The translations under genes and the position numbers were made by a program. Shown piece by piece: positions 14,553-27,728 of a stretch of 64,000 nt of DNA (position 1 is its first letter; the number at the start of each line of letters is the position of its first letter). Below the pieces are notes generated by a model. The model was given only the letters and a program-made list of their open reading frames with translations, was not told where the DNA came from and ran no database searches. The stretch spans positions 39,730 to 103,729 of the forward strand of contig NIVC01003332.1 of the NCBI GenBank assembly GCA_002269645.1. Reading direction: 5' to 3'. Origin of the DNA: Macrostomum lignano (taxonomy: Eukaryota).

Positions 14553-14653
14553 ATGAATGTTGAACATAGTTTTCGCAAGCTCACCAGCTTCATCGAAGTG
14601 CTGCTGATTCTACTTACTTGCGGTAAAAACTTGAATTAAATAAAGCTTTTACC

Positions 14654-14693
<40 letters not shown>

Positions 14694-14710
14694 GGTCTGT
14701 CTGTCTGTCG

Positions 14711-14757
<47 letters not shown>

Positions 14758-14946
14758 GGTCTTAGTGTCTGTCTGTCTGTCTGTCTATCTGTCTGTCTGT
14801 CTGTCTGTCTGTCTGTCGGTCTTAGTGTCTGTCTGTCTGTCTGTCTGTCTGTCAGTCTTAGTGTCTGTCTGTCGGTCTTAGTGTCTGTCTGTCTGTCTGT
14901 CTGTCTGTCAGTCTTAGTGTCTGTCTGTCTGTCTGTCTGTCTGTCG

Positions 14947-15005
<59 letters not shown>

Positions 15006-15073
15006 GGTCTTAGTGTCTGTCTGTCTGTCTGTCTATCTGTCTGTCTGTCTGTCTGTCTGTCTGTCGGTCTTAG

Positions 15074-15110
<37 letters not shown>

Positions 15111-16745
15111 GCATACTTGATGCATGATTGACAAAGGAGTTTATTACTTCCAGTCTGTTGCTTCGCGGATGCCGCCGGTCCCTGCGAGTACTTCGATGGA
15201 TCTGGCCGGGTGCAGCTCGAGCTGCAGTTCACGGAATCCTACGGTGGTGAGAGCTGCCTTAGAAGGTGTACATCGTGCCCTCACTGACCCCACTATCTCC
15301 TGTCCATATTCGTTTGAACTTGTTGGTGGCTTTTGTGCGATTCACACAACCATGAGGGCCAGCTCTCAAAACACAGAGAGTTTACATACCTTACGATTAG
15401 AAAGTCAGGGCCACTGTGCACCCTGTGTGATTAGGACATCCCAAGTGACCTTCATTCGTACCTACAGGCAGGGACGGCGACCATCTGCCAACGCTTGGCG
15501 AGGTCAGGCCAATTTCTGAGATCTACGGCAAAGTCAGGCACTTGAACAGCAGCGCGTCAGCGGCTACTAAAGAGACTGTGTGGCTGCGCCCTTGGGACGA
15601 CAAGCGAGAGAATCGATGGCACAATGGCAGTCAGTTCAGGCCGTTGGAAGTCTACTTTAAATGGACAATTGACCGCGGAGTGATGATGCTTCGGCTCAAA
15701 CAGGGCATTGATAGAGAGGTTTGGATTGGCGCAGATTTTGAGTTTTCATGCTTATTCAATTTTCTTGCAACCTGTCTAACAGGTGGGATAACAGCTGATG
15801 AGCCTGTCTAACAGATGGGATAACAGCTGATGAGCCTGTCTAACAGGTGGGATAACAGCTGATGAGCCTGTCTGACAGATCGGATAACAGCTGATGAACC
15901 TGTCTAACAGATGGGATAACAGCTGATGAGCCTGTCTAACAGATGGGATAACAGCTGATGAGCCTGTCTAACAGATGGGATAACAGCTGATGAGCCTGTC
16001 TAACAGGTGGGATAACAGCTGATGAGCCTGTCTAACAGATGGGATAACAGCTGATGAGCCTGTCTAACAGGTGGGATAACAGCTGATGAGCCTGTCTAAC
16101 AGATCGGATAACAACTGATGAACCTGTCTAACAGGTGGGATAACAGCTGATGAGCCTGTCTGACAGATCGGATAACAACTGATGAACCTGTCTAACAGGT
16201 GGGATAACAGCTGATGAGCCTGTCTAACAGATCGGATAACAACTGATGAACCTGTCTAACAGGTGGGATAACAGCTGATGAGCCTGTCTGACAGATCGGA
16301 TAACAACTGATGAACCTGTCTAACAGGTGGGATAACAGCTGCATAACCTGTTCGAGCTTCATTTGACAATTTCTTTCAGATCCTGAACATCTACACAGCA
16401 GGCAGTCCCGGCGTCACGAGCTCTGACGCTGCAATCTGGTTTCACATCGAGTGCACACCGGACTCCCCGAAATTCTCCCAGCGTGTAAGACAAACAAACT
16501 CTTTTTATGCCGACTTCTTTTCTTAAAACACAAGTCCTCATTTTGTATGTGCAATCAAATTTCAGAACTTCACTGTCAAAGTGCATGTTATTGATGTAAA
16601 CGACAAGGCGCCTCAGTTTTATAACAGCTCCATGAATACCAATGAGACAATGAAAAACTTCTCTATCACTGTGAGAGAGGTAACTATTAAATTGGACTGG
16701 AGATGGACTGGCTGAGACACGGAATGATAAATTAGATAGATAGAT

Positions 16746-16828
<83 letters not shown>

Positions 16829-16859
16829 GGATAGATAGATAGATAGATAGATAAATAAC

Positions 16860-16945
<86 letters not shown>

Positions 16946-17040
16946 CATAGATAGATAGATAGATACATAGATAGATACATGGATTGACAGTCACACAGAG
17001 AGACAGACAGACAGATAGACAGACAGACAGACAGCCACTA

Positions 17041-17121
<81 letters not shown>

Positions 17122-20100
17122 CAGGCAGGCAGACAGACAGACAGGCAGACAGACAGACAGGCAGACAGACAGACAGACAGACAGCTGAGCCTGCCCCAAC
17201 CTCACAGGGCACCCCCAGCAACATGCCGGTATTCAGCGGGCTGTCAGTCAGAGACGCAGACGCGGGCCCGAACGCGCAGGTTGTGGCCTTCATGCATCGC
17301 CACTCGCTGTTCCGGCTGGCCGACAACTCGCCGGAGATTCGCCTGGTCACCAAGTCGGCCGTTCATTACGAGTACTTCGGGTCGCAACCAGCCGGAGTTC
17401 GAATTGATGTAGTCATTGTTGCTGTGGTGAGTGGCCTGCTGTTTCTCTTGGATTGGAGGCGAGGAGCGAGGGGCTGGGTTGGCAAATACTGAAAATGAAA
17501 ATCAATAATTGGGGATGGCTGCGGGCACCCGGGATCGCACGACAACCCCCACTGGTCAACCATGAATGTGCACATGGCCTTGCAAGGGGATTCGAAACAG
17601 GGGTCGTGGCGCGAGAGTCAGACAGGAAGGGTATTAAGGTGGATTGTGGAGGCTATAAGGAGGTAAGGAAGTGTCCAGCAATGTACTGGTGACGCAAAGA
17701 CTATACGGGACCCTGCAATACTCGGCAGGACTCCCCAGTGAACAAGTAGATGGCGCTGACCAGTCAGATTCACATCAGGGTGGCCATCGCAGAGGACGAC
17801 GACCCGCCGCCAAGTTTCGAAGTGCCCGGCTGTTTCCGGCACAGCGGCCGCTGCATCCGGCCAACCTACTTTGCTCAGGGCGCTGGCGGCGGAGTCAATG
17901 TGAGTACATGCATGCAGGCGAGCATGCCGCCCAGATCAGGCGCGAAATTTATTATTCATGATATTGGGGTGTTTGCGGCCTTCCTGACACCCAAAGTAGT
18001 GACTCACCTGACACCCAAAGTAGTGACTCACCTGACACCCAAAGTAGTGACTCACCTGACACCCAAAGAAGTGACTCACCTGACACCCAAAGTAGTGACT
18101 CACCTGACACCCAAAGAAGTGACTCACCTGACACAGAAAGTAGAGACTCAACTGACACCCAAAGTGGTGGCTCACCTGACACAGAAAGTAGAGACTCAAC
18201 TGACACCCAAAGAAGTGACTCACCTGACACCCAAAGTAGTGGCTCACCTGACACAGAAAGTAGAGACTCAACTGACACCCAAAGAAGTGACTCACCTGAC
18301 ACCCAAAGTAGTGGCTCACCTGACACAGAAAGTAGAGACTCAACTGACACCCAAAGTAGTGGCTCACCTGACACAGAAAGTAGAGACTCAACTGACACCC
18401 AAAGTAGTGACTTACCTGACACCCAGTGGATCACCTGACACCCAAAGTAAATGTAATTTTGTCTCCCAAGTAGCCTACCCTGACACGGCCGTAGTGGCGC
18501 CTGAGTGTATAAAAGTGCAATTGAAAGGCACAAGATTAAAAAAATGATTAATCCAAACACAGGTATCTACCGAAGCAATCTTAATAAAACCCGGTCCCAT
18601 ACGAGTTGAAGCACACTCTGGCTACGGCATCAGATATTCGCTAGTGAACAGTGAGTCTATATTATATCCGACATTAAGCCTGACCATTTGACCGAATTAG
18701 CCGCATTAGCCACATGTACTGCACAACACCATCGCTTCAGACGAAAAGCCGCCCTATTTTCGAATCGACAATTTCACCGGAGAAGTGTTTCAACTCCGAC
18801 CAATTGAAGACCAAATTACTTTAATTGTAAAGGTAATTTTCTATGCTGAAACTGTGAAGGCTTGTAAAGGTGAATCAGTTTATCTAAGCGGTTTATCTTG
18901 AAGTCCTTGAGAGGTTTAGGCTGCTAAGGATGCGGCGGGTTTGACGTGAACAGTGGGAGACCAACGCCTGGTTGCTGCATCACGACAACAGCTTTTGGCT
19001 GAAGAACAAGTTGCGCAGCCTTATTTGATATTCTGGCTACATCCCAAGGTAAAGCAAGGTCTCAATTGATCCCAATTTGAAGACCTAGAAGACCTAATTA
19101 TGGACAACGACAACGTGACAAGGATCTTGCGAGGCACCTCGACGTAGGGCTTCCAGGAGTGGCACCGAGTCCAGAGCTGGCACCAGCGATTGAGGCGCTG
19201 TGTTGGATGCGGCGGCAAGCACTTTGAAGGCTGCAGTTGACTAATAATTCATTTTCTTTCAATACCAGATCGTAGCAACTTTGTCTCTATACTTATTGGC
19301 CACACTTATATTCCACCTGCTCAATTTTATTACAGGCAATAAAATGGACGGACAGATTCGATCCTTATCTTGGCCAAGCCAGCTTTGCCCTGCTGCATGT
19401 TAGTGCTGAACTAGCAGCCAATGTAAGTTGTACAGGTGTTGGATGAAGGATTGCTAATCTAGCCAACATCACTGATGAAGGAATAGAATGGATTGCTAAT
19501 CTAGCCAACAATACTGATGAAGAAATAGAATGGATTGCTAATCTAGCCAGCATCACTGATGAAGGACTAGAATGGATTGCTAATCTAGCCAGCATCACTG
19601 ATGAAGGAATAGAATGGATTGCTAATCTAGCCAGCATCACTGATGAAGGAATAGAATGGATTGCTAATCTAGCCAGCATCACTGATGAAGGAATAGAATG
19701 GATTGCTAATCTAGCCAGCATCACTGATGAAGGAATAGAATGGATTGCTAATCTAGCCAGCATCACTGATGAAGGAATAGAATGGATTGCTAATCTAGCC
19801 AGCATCACTGATGAAGGAATAGAATGGATTGCTAATCTAGCCAACATCACTGATGAAGGAATAGAATGGATTGCTAATCTAGCCAACATCACTGATGAAG
19901 GAATAGAATGGATTGCTAATCGAGCCAACATCACTGATAAAGGAATAGAATGGATTGCTAATCTAGCCAGCATCACTGATGAAGGAATAGAATGGATTGC
20001 TAATCTAGCCAGCATCACTGATGAAGGAATAGAATTGATTGCTGATCTAGCTTAGCATTGTGTATTAAGAAGGGACTTCAGTTTACATAAAGGATCTTCT

Positions 20101-20480
20101 TAACCGCCGATCCACAGAGCACGGAGCCCTCAGACAAGGTCGAGCCAAGAAGATGCTATCTCTGGTCAGTCATGATAGCCGTAATCCCCATATCTTTACT
20201 TATTCTCACAGCAATTTTTGTCGCGTTTTACTGTTGTACGGCAAAAAGTGCCGGATGTACAGAATCGCATCCTAGAGACCAGGAGCAGCAGCAGCAGGAG
20301 CACAACAATGACAGCAACAGCGTCAACAGCAAAGGCCACAGGGTGACTGCTCTTGGCGCTGCAGCAGAATTCGATACAATCGCGAACACACAGCTGGAGC
20401 AGTCGACAGACTCTGTCAGGCACCAGCACTCCTCGTACAGCTCGGCTAGCTCGGATGGCAAAAGTTCTACCAGCATGTGA
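14553..20480 (+). CDS. Cadherin-related single-pass membrane protein, possibly pseudogenised (exons 14553-14622, 15154-15246, 15468-15718, 16380-16484, 16566-16679, 17208-17426, 17729-17899, 18563-18650, 18741-18832, possibly 18920-19048, 20118-20480)
   Basis: Signal peptide ([28 protein letters not shown]), cadherin motifs [35 protein letters not shown] and [11 protein letters not shown], then a TM segment ([24 protein letters not shown]) and a short tail lacking a catenin-binding domain. In-frame stops at 17747 and 18947 under the best splice model. Confidence 0.8.
14655..15110. repeat. (TCTG)n microsatellite
   Basis: Cadherin intron 1. Confidence 0.96.
15771..16340. repeat. 32-bp minisatellite CCTGTCTAACAGGTGGGATAACAGCTGATGAG
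   Basis: Tandem units in a cadherin intron. Confidence 0.95.
16735..17185. repeat. (GATA)n followed by (GACA)n microsatellites
   Basis: Read directly. Confidence 0.97.
17985..18430. repeat. 24-bp minisatellite CCTGACACCCAAAGTAGTGACTCA
   Basis: Tandem units in a cadherin intron. Confidence 0.93.
19445..20050. repeat. 42-bp minisatellite GATTGCTAATCTAGCCAGCATCACTGATGAAGGAATAGAATG
   Basis: About 14 units; gives the spurious 14-aa repeat ORF. Confidence 0.95.
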
Positions 20481-21188
20481 ACTGTTTAGTTTGAATTCTA
20501 ATTTCATGAAAATAAGACTAACAGAAAATGCACTGCACTGATAATTTTAGTCTGAAGACAAAATGATATTTATTTAATCAACAAAATACTATGGAAAGTA
20601 AAAATGTGAGTAGACAAGTCGCTTTGATTAGGGACTTTCTAGAATGTGTTCTTCAGAATTCGGCCAATCGACGAATGAAACTAACGTAGCGTCAAAGTTA
20701 ACAAAATAAAGGATTGAAAAGGCAGTTACAGAAGCAAAAAGGCAGAAACGAATTTTTATTTCAACTCGATCATAAAGCGAAACTGAAGGCAATTAAGGCC
20801 GGACACTTGAACTTATTTAATACGAAATTTTCAAACGAAAATTGCACACTTGCATGCGTTTATTTTTTGGCAGAAAAAGAAATAAACAAATGTTTGCCTT
20901 TCTACTAATAAGTAGTGCGATGAGGAAATATTAGTTGTTCTATTTTTAAAGTCACGTTTTTGGGCGAAAAAATATAAGGAATTGATAACAATTCGACATG
21001 AGAAGCCGGGCGAGGGCAGCACCAGGAGTACAGGCTGTACTTACTGTACTAATAAGTAGTGTACCTTTATATTCTGTTTAAAAACAAAACACATCAAAAT
21101 GGTCCAAATCCCCCAGATCTTTACTATCCTTTCAAGAGGCCTTCAAGGCAAAACAGACGGTGTTAAATAACCCGCATATGACAGCCAA

Positions 21189-23901
21189 TCAGCGATTGTT
21201 CCGATAAGCGGCGCCAGCAAGTAGGGCGGACACCACCACACTGCCGATGGCTCCCACCAGCCAGTACTTGTACCGGCCAATAAACGAACCGGCATTCGAG
21301 GAGCCGCTTCTAGTTGAAGTTTCCATCGAACTCGGCGAATTGCTTGTCGAAGATGTCGCCGTGCCTGGCGACTTGCCGACGCCCATCATTCGGCGATAGA
21401 GATCCTGACTGGCTGTCTGCTGCCTCCGGCACTCGATGGTGAGCTTGGCTACTTCGTTCTGAAGTGCCCGAGAGTCCGGCTCCTCACTCAATGCGGCTCG
21501 CATCGCCTGCAGAGCGGCGGCCGGTTCGCCTTTGCCGATGAGGCCGCGGCCTTTCCGGTACAGAGCCTTCGCGTTGCCAGCCTGACGGTGCGTGAATGCG
21601 GCGATGACTACTTTAAGTAGACTGATTTTCTTTTTTTGGGTGTATGGCTCCTATGCTATAGTTACCTCCCTACTACCTGTGTGTCACTTCCCTACTACCT
21701 GTGTGTCAATGACCTGCCACTTCCCTACTACCTGTGTGTCAATGACCTGCCACTTCCCTACTACCTGTGTGTCAATGACCTGCCACTTCCCTACTACCTG
21801 TGTGTCAATGACCTGCCACTTCCCTACTACCTGTGTGTCAATGACCTGCCACTTCCCTACTACCTGTGTGTCAATGACCTGCCACTTCCCTAATACCTGT
21901 GTACTGGTCACATGCCCCTTCCCCACGGTTCTGGGAAAAAGGTGTAAAATCAAGCATCGCATTCACCTGCAATCTCAAAGCTTTATCGCAGGATTCAATA
22001 GCGGCATTCCAGGCTTCCATTTTCAATTGGCAGGCGGCCAAATTGTTATAAACTCGAACTCGAGCATCCATAGCGGTCTGTACGAGTTCGTTTGAGGCGC
22101 CGCTTAGATTAGCGGAGCAGCGCTGCTCAAGCATCGCGGCCGCTCTGGCATAGCAACACACCGCAGTGTAGGCTTCGTCACGATTAAACCAGAAATTTCC
22201 TCGCTCCCGCTTGGCATCGGCCATGACTAGCACGTTGTCAAGACTGACAGAGCCCAGGTCAAGCGGCTGGTCCACTTTTAACAGGTCTACAGTGAAAGTC
22301 AAGGTTGAATTGGGCGGTATCTCCGCGCCTAACCGGGTTGTGTAGGCGTGCTTGCTGCCGTAGGCGTGCTGAGGACCGCTGCGGATCTCGCACCGCTCGC
22401 CAAGCCCGACCAGCATCAGGGCGATGTCGAACGCCTGCAGAAAGTCGTAGTCGCCGATGGCTACGATCAGGCCGTCGAGTTTGTCAACAACTGGGCCATC
22501 CGGGCCGCCTAGGCGAGCTTCGTAATTCAATGTGACCCGACAGCCAGTCTTCGGTCTGGTCGATTCGTCGCCACCTTTCTCAATAGTTTTCTTTAATAGT
22601 TGGCCATTGCCAAGGATATCAATGTACTCTTCGTTCGCTGGCTTTGGCTCTGGCTCGACGGACTCAACAATGCCTGATGACTGTATCTCACTTGATGTGG
22701 CCTCATCATTTTGCTCTAAATCTGCTTTTACCGGCTTGTTCAGCTCGGGAGTTGCTTCCGTTTCCGGCGCCGAGTCAGACGGTGCTCGTTTTATCAATTC
22801 GGGATTCGATTCGTTAAACAGCTGTTGCTGATTTCCCTGCTGTTCGGACTCGATAGTTGCAAGCATCTCTTGCACTGGGGCGTACGAACTTGCAGTCACT
22901 TTCTCATCCCCTTGTAGTTCTATCTCAGCCTCCGTGAAGTCATGTGCATGAGCCTCATCTACATGTGCTCGATCCGACTCAGCCTCATCTACCTGAGCTC
23001 GATCCGACTCAGCCTCATCTACCTGAGCTCGATCTGACTCAGTCTCTTCTACCCGAGCTTCATCAGATCCAGCCTCATTCACCTGAGCTCCACCAGACTG
23101 AGCCTCAGCCACCTGATCTTCATCAGATCCAGCCTCAGCCACCTGGGCCTCATCAGATCCAGCCTCAGCAACCTGATCTTCATCAGATCCAGCCTCATCC
23201 ACCCGAGCTTCACCTGACTCAGCCTCAGCCACCTGAGCTTCATCAAATCCAGCCTCAGCCACCTGGGCTTGATCAGATCCAGCCTCAGCCACCTGGGCCT
23301 CATCAGATCCAGCCTCAGAAACCTGAGCTTCATCAGATCCAGCCTCATCCAACCGAGCTTCACCTGACTCAGCAGCCTCATCCACCTGAGCTTCATCAAA
23401 TTCAGCCTCATCCACCTGAGCTTCATCAGATCCAGCTCCATCCACCTGAGGTTTATCAGATTCAGCCTCATCCACCTGAGCTTCATCAGATTCAGTCTCA
23501 TCCACCCGAGCTTCATCAGATCCAGCTCCATCTACCGGAGGCTTATCAGATCCAGCCTCATCCACCCGAGCTTCATCAGATCCAGCTCCATCCACCTGAG
23601 GTTTATCAGACACAGCCACTTTACCTTCACCAACATCCAAGCCGACCTCAGCTTCATCTGGATTATCCATGCCAGCACTAGCAGCAGCTTCCCCAACTAT
23701 TGGATTATCATCCCGCAACTCGAAGTTAGGCTTCTCAAATTCTAAAATCGAATTTCGATCGGAGTTCACGGCGGCCTCTTCAGACAAACCCGAATCCATA
23801 GGATTTCCATTGCCGTCTTCAGTAAGCGATTTGTCAACTAGAACTAACGAAGACGGCATTGAATCCTGAGCTGGAGTGGCGGCTTCAGTGTCTGCTGACA
23901 T
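21189..23901 (-). CDS. FKBP8: FK506-binding protein 8 (FKBP38): acidic repeat N-terminus, FKBP domain, TPR repeats, C-terminal TM anchor (exons 23901-21967, 21581-21189)
   Basis: Motifs EYIDILGNGQLLKKTI...GDYDFLQAFDIALMLVGLGERCEI...HAYG...IPPNSTLTFTVDLL, TPR (KRERGNFWF; YNNLAACQLK; NAKALYRKGR) and tail anchor YWLVGAIGSVVVSALLAGAAY. The 33-bp minisatellite intron (21966-21582) has a GT/AG phase 0 join. Confidence 0.92.
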
Positions 23902-24719
23902 GCTGTTTGCGCGAGAATTTGCTGACTGGCAGAAAGTGATTCCAATATATATGAGACTGCAAATCACTTTTTATTTACTCAGAATACAATAAATACCTTA
24001 TAAATGACCCGATGAAAACGGTAACCCAGGCCAAGAAGCGTCTTAGAGTCTTAGAGAGCATTTTGCATTTATAACAACTCTACTTAATCTACTGGGGTTA
24101 GTAGAAAGTTACGGCTCGTAAGCGTTAACACAGCGACTCTTTTATGATTCTGCAACCCACGTGATGCGCTCGTGACTCGACAGTCGCCTCTTCGTCGCAT
24201 TGCAGTCGTTTGGGTCGTTAAAAAGCCGCAAGAATCGGCCCAGAATCACTTGTGAGTTGTTTGCTACGACTCTAGCGATTCTTGTCACGGTAACGTTTTC
24301 AACGGGTTGGATTTCAAATGAAAAGATTATCGTTTAAAATGCTTTTTTTTAAATATCACTCTTATAATTATAAAGCAGAGTGAAGTTTTACGATATATTT
24401 AAGGCATAAAATGGAAACAGTACGAATAGTATAAAAATATACCATATCAAGTAATGAATAAAAAAATTAAAATGAACAAAACGACTTTGAGATTCCAAAA
24501 AACGCAAGCCTTACTAAAAATGTGTGTATGATAAGGCAGGAAATATACATTTTGTTTTACGGTAATTTTTAATAAAGATGCTCTTTAAAACAATACAATT
24601 TATTCCTGACACTGACATCGATTTTCAGCAATCGAAAATCGCCACTGAATAATTTCCAGATCTGTACTTTATATCTGACCGGAATCACCACCTATATAAA
24701 CATCTCTAACACTTGCTCT

Positions 24720-24950
24720 TAAACACCACACAGAATTGGCCCTTAAACACCCACAGAATCGGCCCTTAAACACCCAACAGAATTGACCCTTAAACACCCA
24801 AAGAATCGGTCCTTAAACACCCACAGAATCGGCCCTTAAACACCCACAGAATTGGTCCTTAAACACCCACAGAATTGGCCCTTAAACACCCCACAGAATC
24901 GGCCCTTAAACACCCCACAGAATCGGCCCTTAAACACCCCATAGAATCGG
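24720..24950. repeat. 23-24 bp minisatellite CCCTTAAACACCCCACAGAATCGG
   Basis: Same family as 30465-30990, opposite orientation. Confidence 0.9.
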
Positions 24951-25141
24951 CCATCAAACAACTAAAAGAATTTGCAATTTTAAAGAAAAAACCTAACCAA
25001 TGAAAATGTTAGGAATGTAAAAGGACATCATACGTTAAAAGTACGCAAAAAGGATGAGAACTCGCGACAAGGAATGGAAGACTGCTCCTGTTTTTAAAAA
25101 ATAATTACTCCTCCAATGAATGAGGCAATCCAGTTTGCAGA

Positions 25142-26229
25142 TCAATGATGAGTGTCCTTGGGCGGCGGCGGCACAATGATGGTGGTTCTGTGCGAATGGT
25201 GCAGCACGTAGTCGCTAACGCTGCCTAGGAAGGCCTTCTTGATGCCGCGAATGCCCCGATTGCCAATCAGGATGACATCGGCGTTCTCTTCGTTAGCCAG
25301 GTCTACGATTGCCTGGCCGGCATTGTGGTCAACTCGCTCCAGGAATCTGATGCGGGCCTTCACGCCCAGCTCCGTGCATCTGCGAGTTGGGTTTGATAGG
25401 AGCCGATTTCTAAGAGGCGATTCTATGGGGCTTTTCATTGGGCAATTTTATTGGGCGATTCTGTGGGGCGATTTTATGGGGGGGCAATTCTAAAAGGCGA
25501 TTCTATGAGTCAATTCTATGGGGCGATTTTAAGAGGCGATTATTTGAGGCGATTCTATGGGGCGATTCCATGGGGCGAAGTGGGGCGTAGCCCAGCGGTA
25601 GCGCAGCTGCTCTGGTGTGCCAGCGACCCAGGCTCGATTCCAAGTGCAGTCACATTAATTTGGGGCTGAATTGGAATCTCGGCTTGGCTCTGCTCGTGCA
25701 ATTAACGGCCTTGAGAGCCAACACCCCAAGGCGCAGTGAAGTGTACATGCCTAACGATAATATAAAGTTAGGGCCGCTGTACACTCCTGTGTGAGTGTGT
25801 GCCTGCGTACGTATCCGCGCGCTTGTATGCCTGCTCAGGGGAGTCGGCGGAATGGGCAGTAATGCCTCTCGCCGGTTGTGTGCCTATGTCGCTTAAAGTG
25901 CGCCAGGGTGCACACAACCCCCCTGCCTCTGATAAAAAAATGGGGTGATTCTAAGAGGAATTCCTCCTAAAGAATCGCTTTGCTATTGATATTAACACGC
26001 ACTTTTGCGACGCATCGTTCGCCAGTGCCTTCGCCTTGGCAATGTTCTCAGCCATGCTGGAAGACACTTTGTCCGCAGATGTGACATCACCGATGGCAGA
26101 GCGCGGCGGCTCGGCAACAAAGGCGAACACCAGCTCGTCATCGCGCGCGTTGAAATTGCGAACGTACCAGTTTAGCGCCCGGTGACTGTGCTGCCCGCCA
26201 TCCATGGGCATGAGGATCTTGCGAGTCAT
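25142..26229 (-). CDS. Universal stress protein (UspA family), two exons 26229-26003 and 25379-25142
   Basis: MTRKILMPMDGGQHSHRALNWY...ASQK|CTELGVKARIRFLE...GQAIVDLANEENADVILIGNRGIRGIKKAFLGSVSDYVLHHS; contains the G-x2-G-x9-GS(V) USP motif; phase-2 GT/AG join. Confidence 0.92.
25582..25940 (+). mobile_element. tRNA-derived SINE (family A), apparently full length, in the USP intron
   Basis: Head GGGGCGTAGCCCAGCGGTAG (A box) ...GGCTCGATTCC (B box), ending in an A-rich tail. Related fragments at about 4440-4550, 6602-6660, 15390-15430 and 41917-42110 (-). Confidence 0.75.
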
Positions 26230-26334
26230 TGTGGCTGCAATTAGGGATGGTGATGGCTGTACCAAACCAACCAAAAGGTTTGTCTAGTTAAGAAAGGTAC
26301 CCGATGAAAGTGTCTCTAGACACTGAGGACAGGT

Positions 26335-27295
26335 CAGTTACCCGAGGACAGTGTCTTTAGACAGATCAGTACCCGAGGACATTGTCTTTAGACAGATCAG
26401 TATCCGAGGACAGTGTCTTTAGACAGATCAGTACCCAAGGACAGTGTCTTTAGACAGATCAGTACCCGAGGACAGTGTCTTTAGACAGATCAGTACCCGA
26501 GGACAGTGTCTTTATACAGATCAGTACCCGAGGACAGTGTCTTTAGACAGATCAGTATCCGAGGACAGTGTCTTTAGACAGATCAGTATCCGAGGACAGT
26601 GTCTTTAGACAGATCAGTACCCGAGGACAGTGTCTTTATACAGATCAGTACCCGAGGACAGTGTCTTTAGACAGATCAGTACCCGAGGACAGTGTCTTTA
26701 GACAGATCAGTACCCGAGGACAGTGTCTTTAGACAGATCAGTACCGAGGACAGTGTCTTTAGACAGATCAGTACCCGAGGACAGTGTCTTTAGACAGATC
26801 AGTATCCGAGGACAGTGTCTTTAGACAGATCAGTACCCGAGGACAGTGTCTTTATACAGATCAGTACCCGAGGACAGTGTCTTTATACAGATCAGTACCC
26901 GAGGACAGTGTCTTTAGACAGATCAGTACCCGAGGACAGTGTCTTTAGACAGATCAGTATCCGAGGACAGTGTCTTTAGACAGATCAGTACCCGAGGACA
27001 GTGTCTTTAGACAGATCAGTACCCGAGGACAGTGTCTTTATACAGATCAGTACCCGAGGACAGTGTCTTTAGACATATCAGTATCCGAGGACAGTGTCTT
27101 TAGACAGATCAGTACCCGAGGACAGTGTCTTTAGACAGATCAGTACCCGAGGACAGTGTCTTTAGACAGATCAGTACCCGAGGACAGTGTCTTTAGACAG
27201 ATCAGTACCCGAGGACAGTGTCTTTAGACAGATCAGTACCCGAGGGCAGTGTCTTTAGACAGATCAGTACCCGAGGACAGTGTCTTTAGACAAGC
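26335..27295. repeat. 31-bp minisatellite CCCGAGGACAGTGTCTTTAGACAGATCAGTA
   Basis: About 30 near-identical units. Confidence 0.96.
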
Positions 27296-27728
27296 CAGTA
27301 TCTGAAGACAGTGTCTTTAGACAGGTAGTTCAAAACATAGTTACCTTAGAACAAAAAAGTTAGCTGCCAAAAACTCACCTAAACCTGAAGACGATGCGAA
27401 AATATGAAAGCTAAGAAATTAGCCCTGCCAGAGACAAGAATGAAAAACATTGGCCTAGCTAGCTTTCGTTCCTGAAAACTGGAGTACATATACCCTAGCC
27501 TGACAATGGCACAGCCACCAAAAAAAGCCTGCCAAGATAAACAAGAGACACTGCAATGACAAAAAAGCTGACCGGGTCGAAACAAGAAAAACAGTGCGCA
27601 TAAAAGTTGGGCATCTGACGAAGTTTACTCTTAGCCTTGAAAGAATGCAACTAAAATTGCTTATGGCCTCCAGGTGGAAAATACAGAAAAATAAAAAAAC
27701 AAGATATGACAAGACAGGACAGGCAGAT

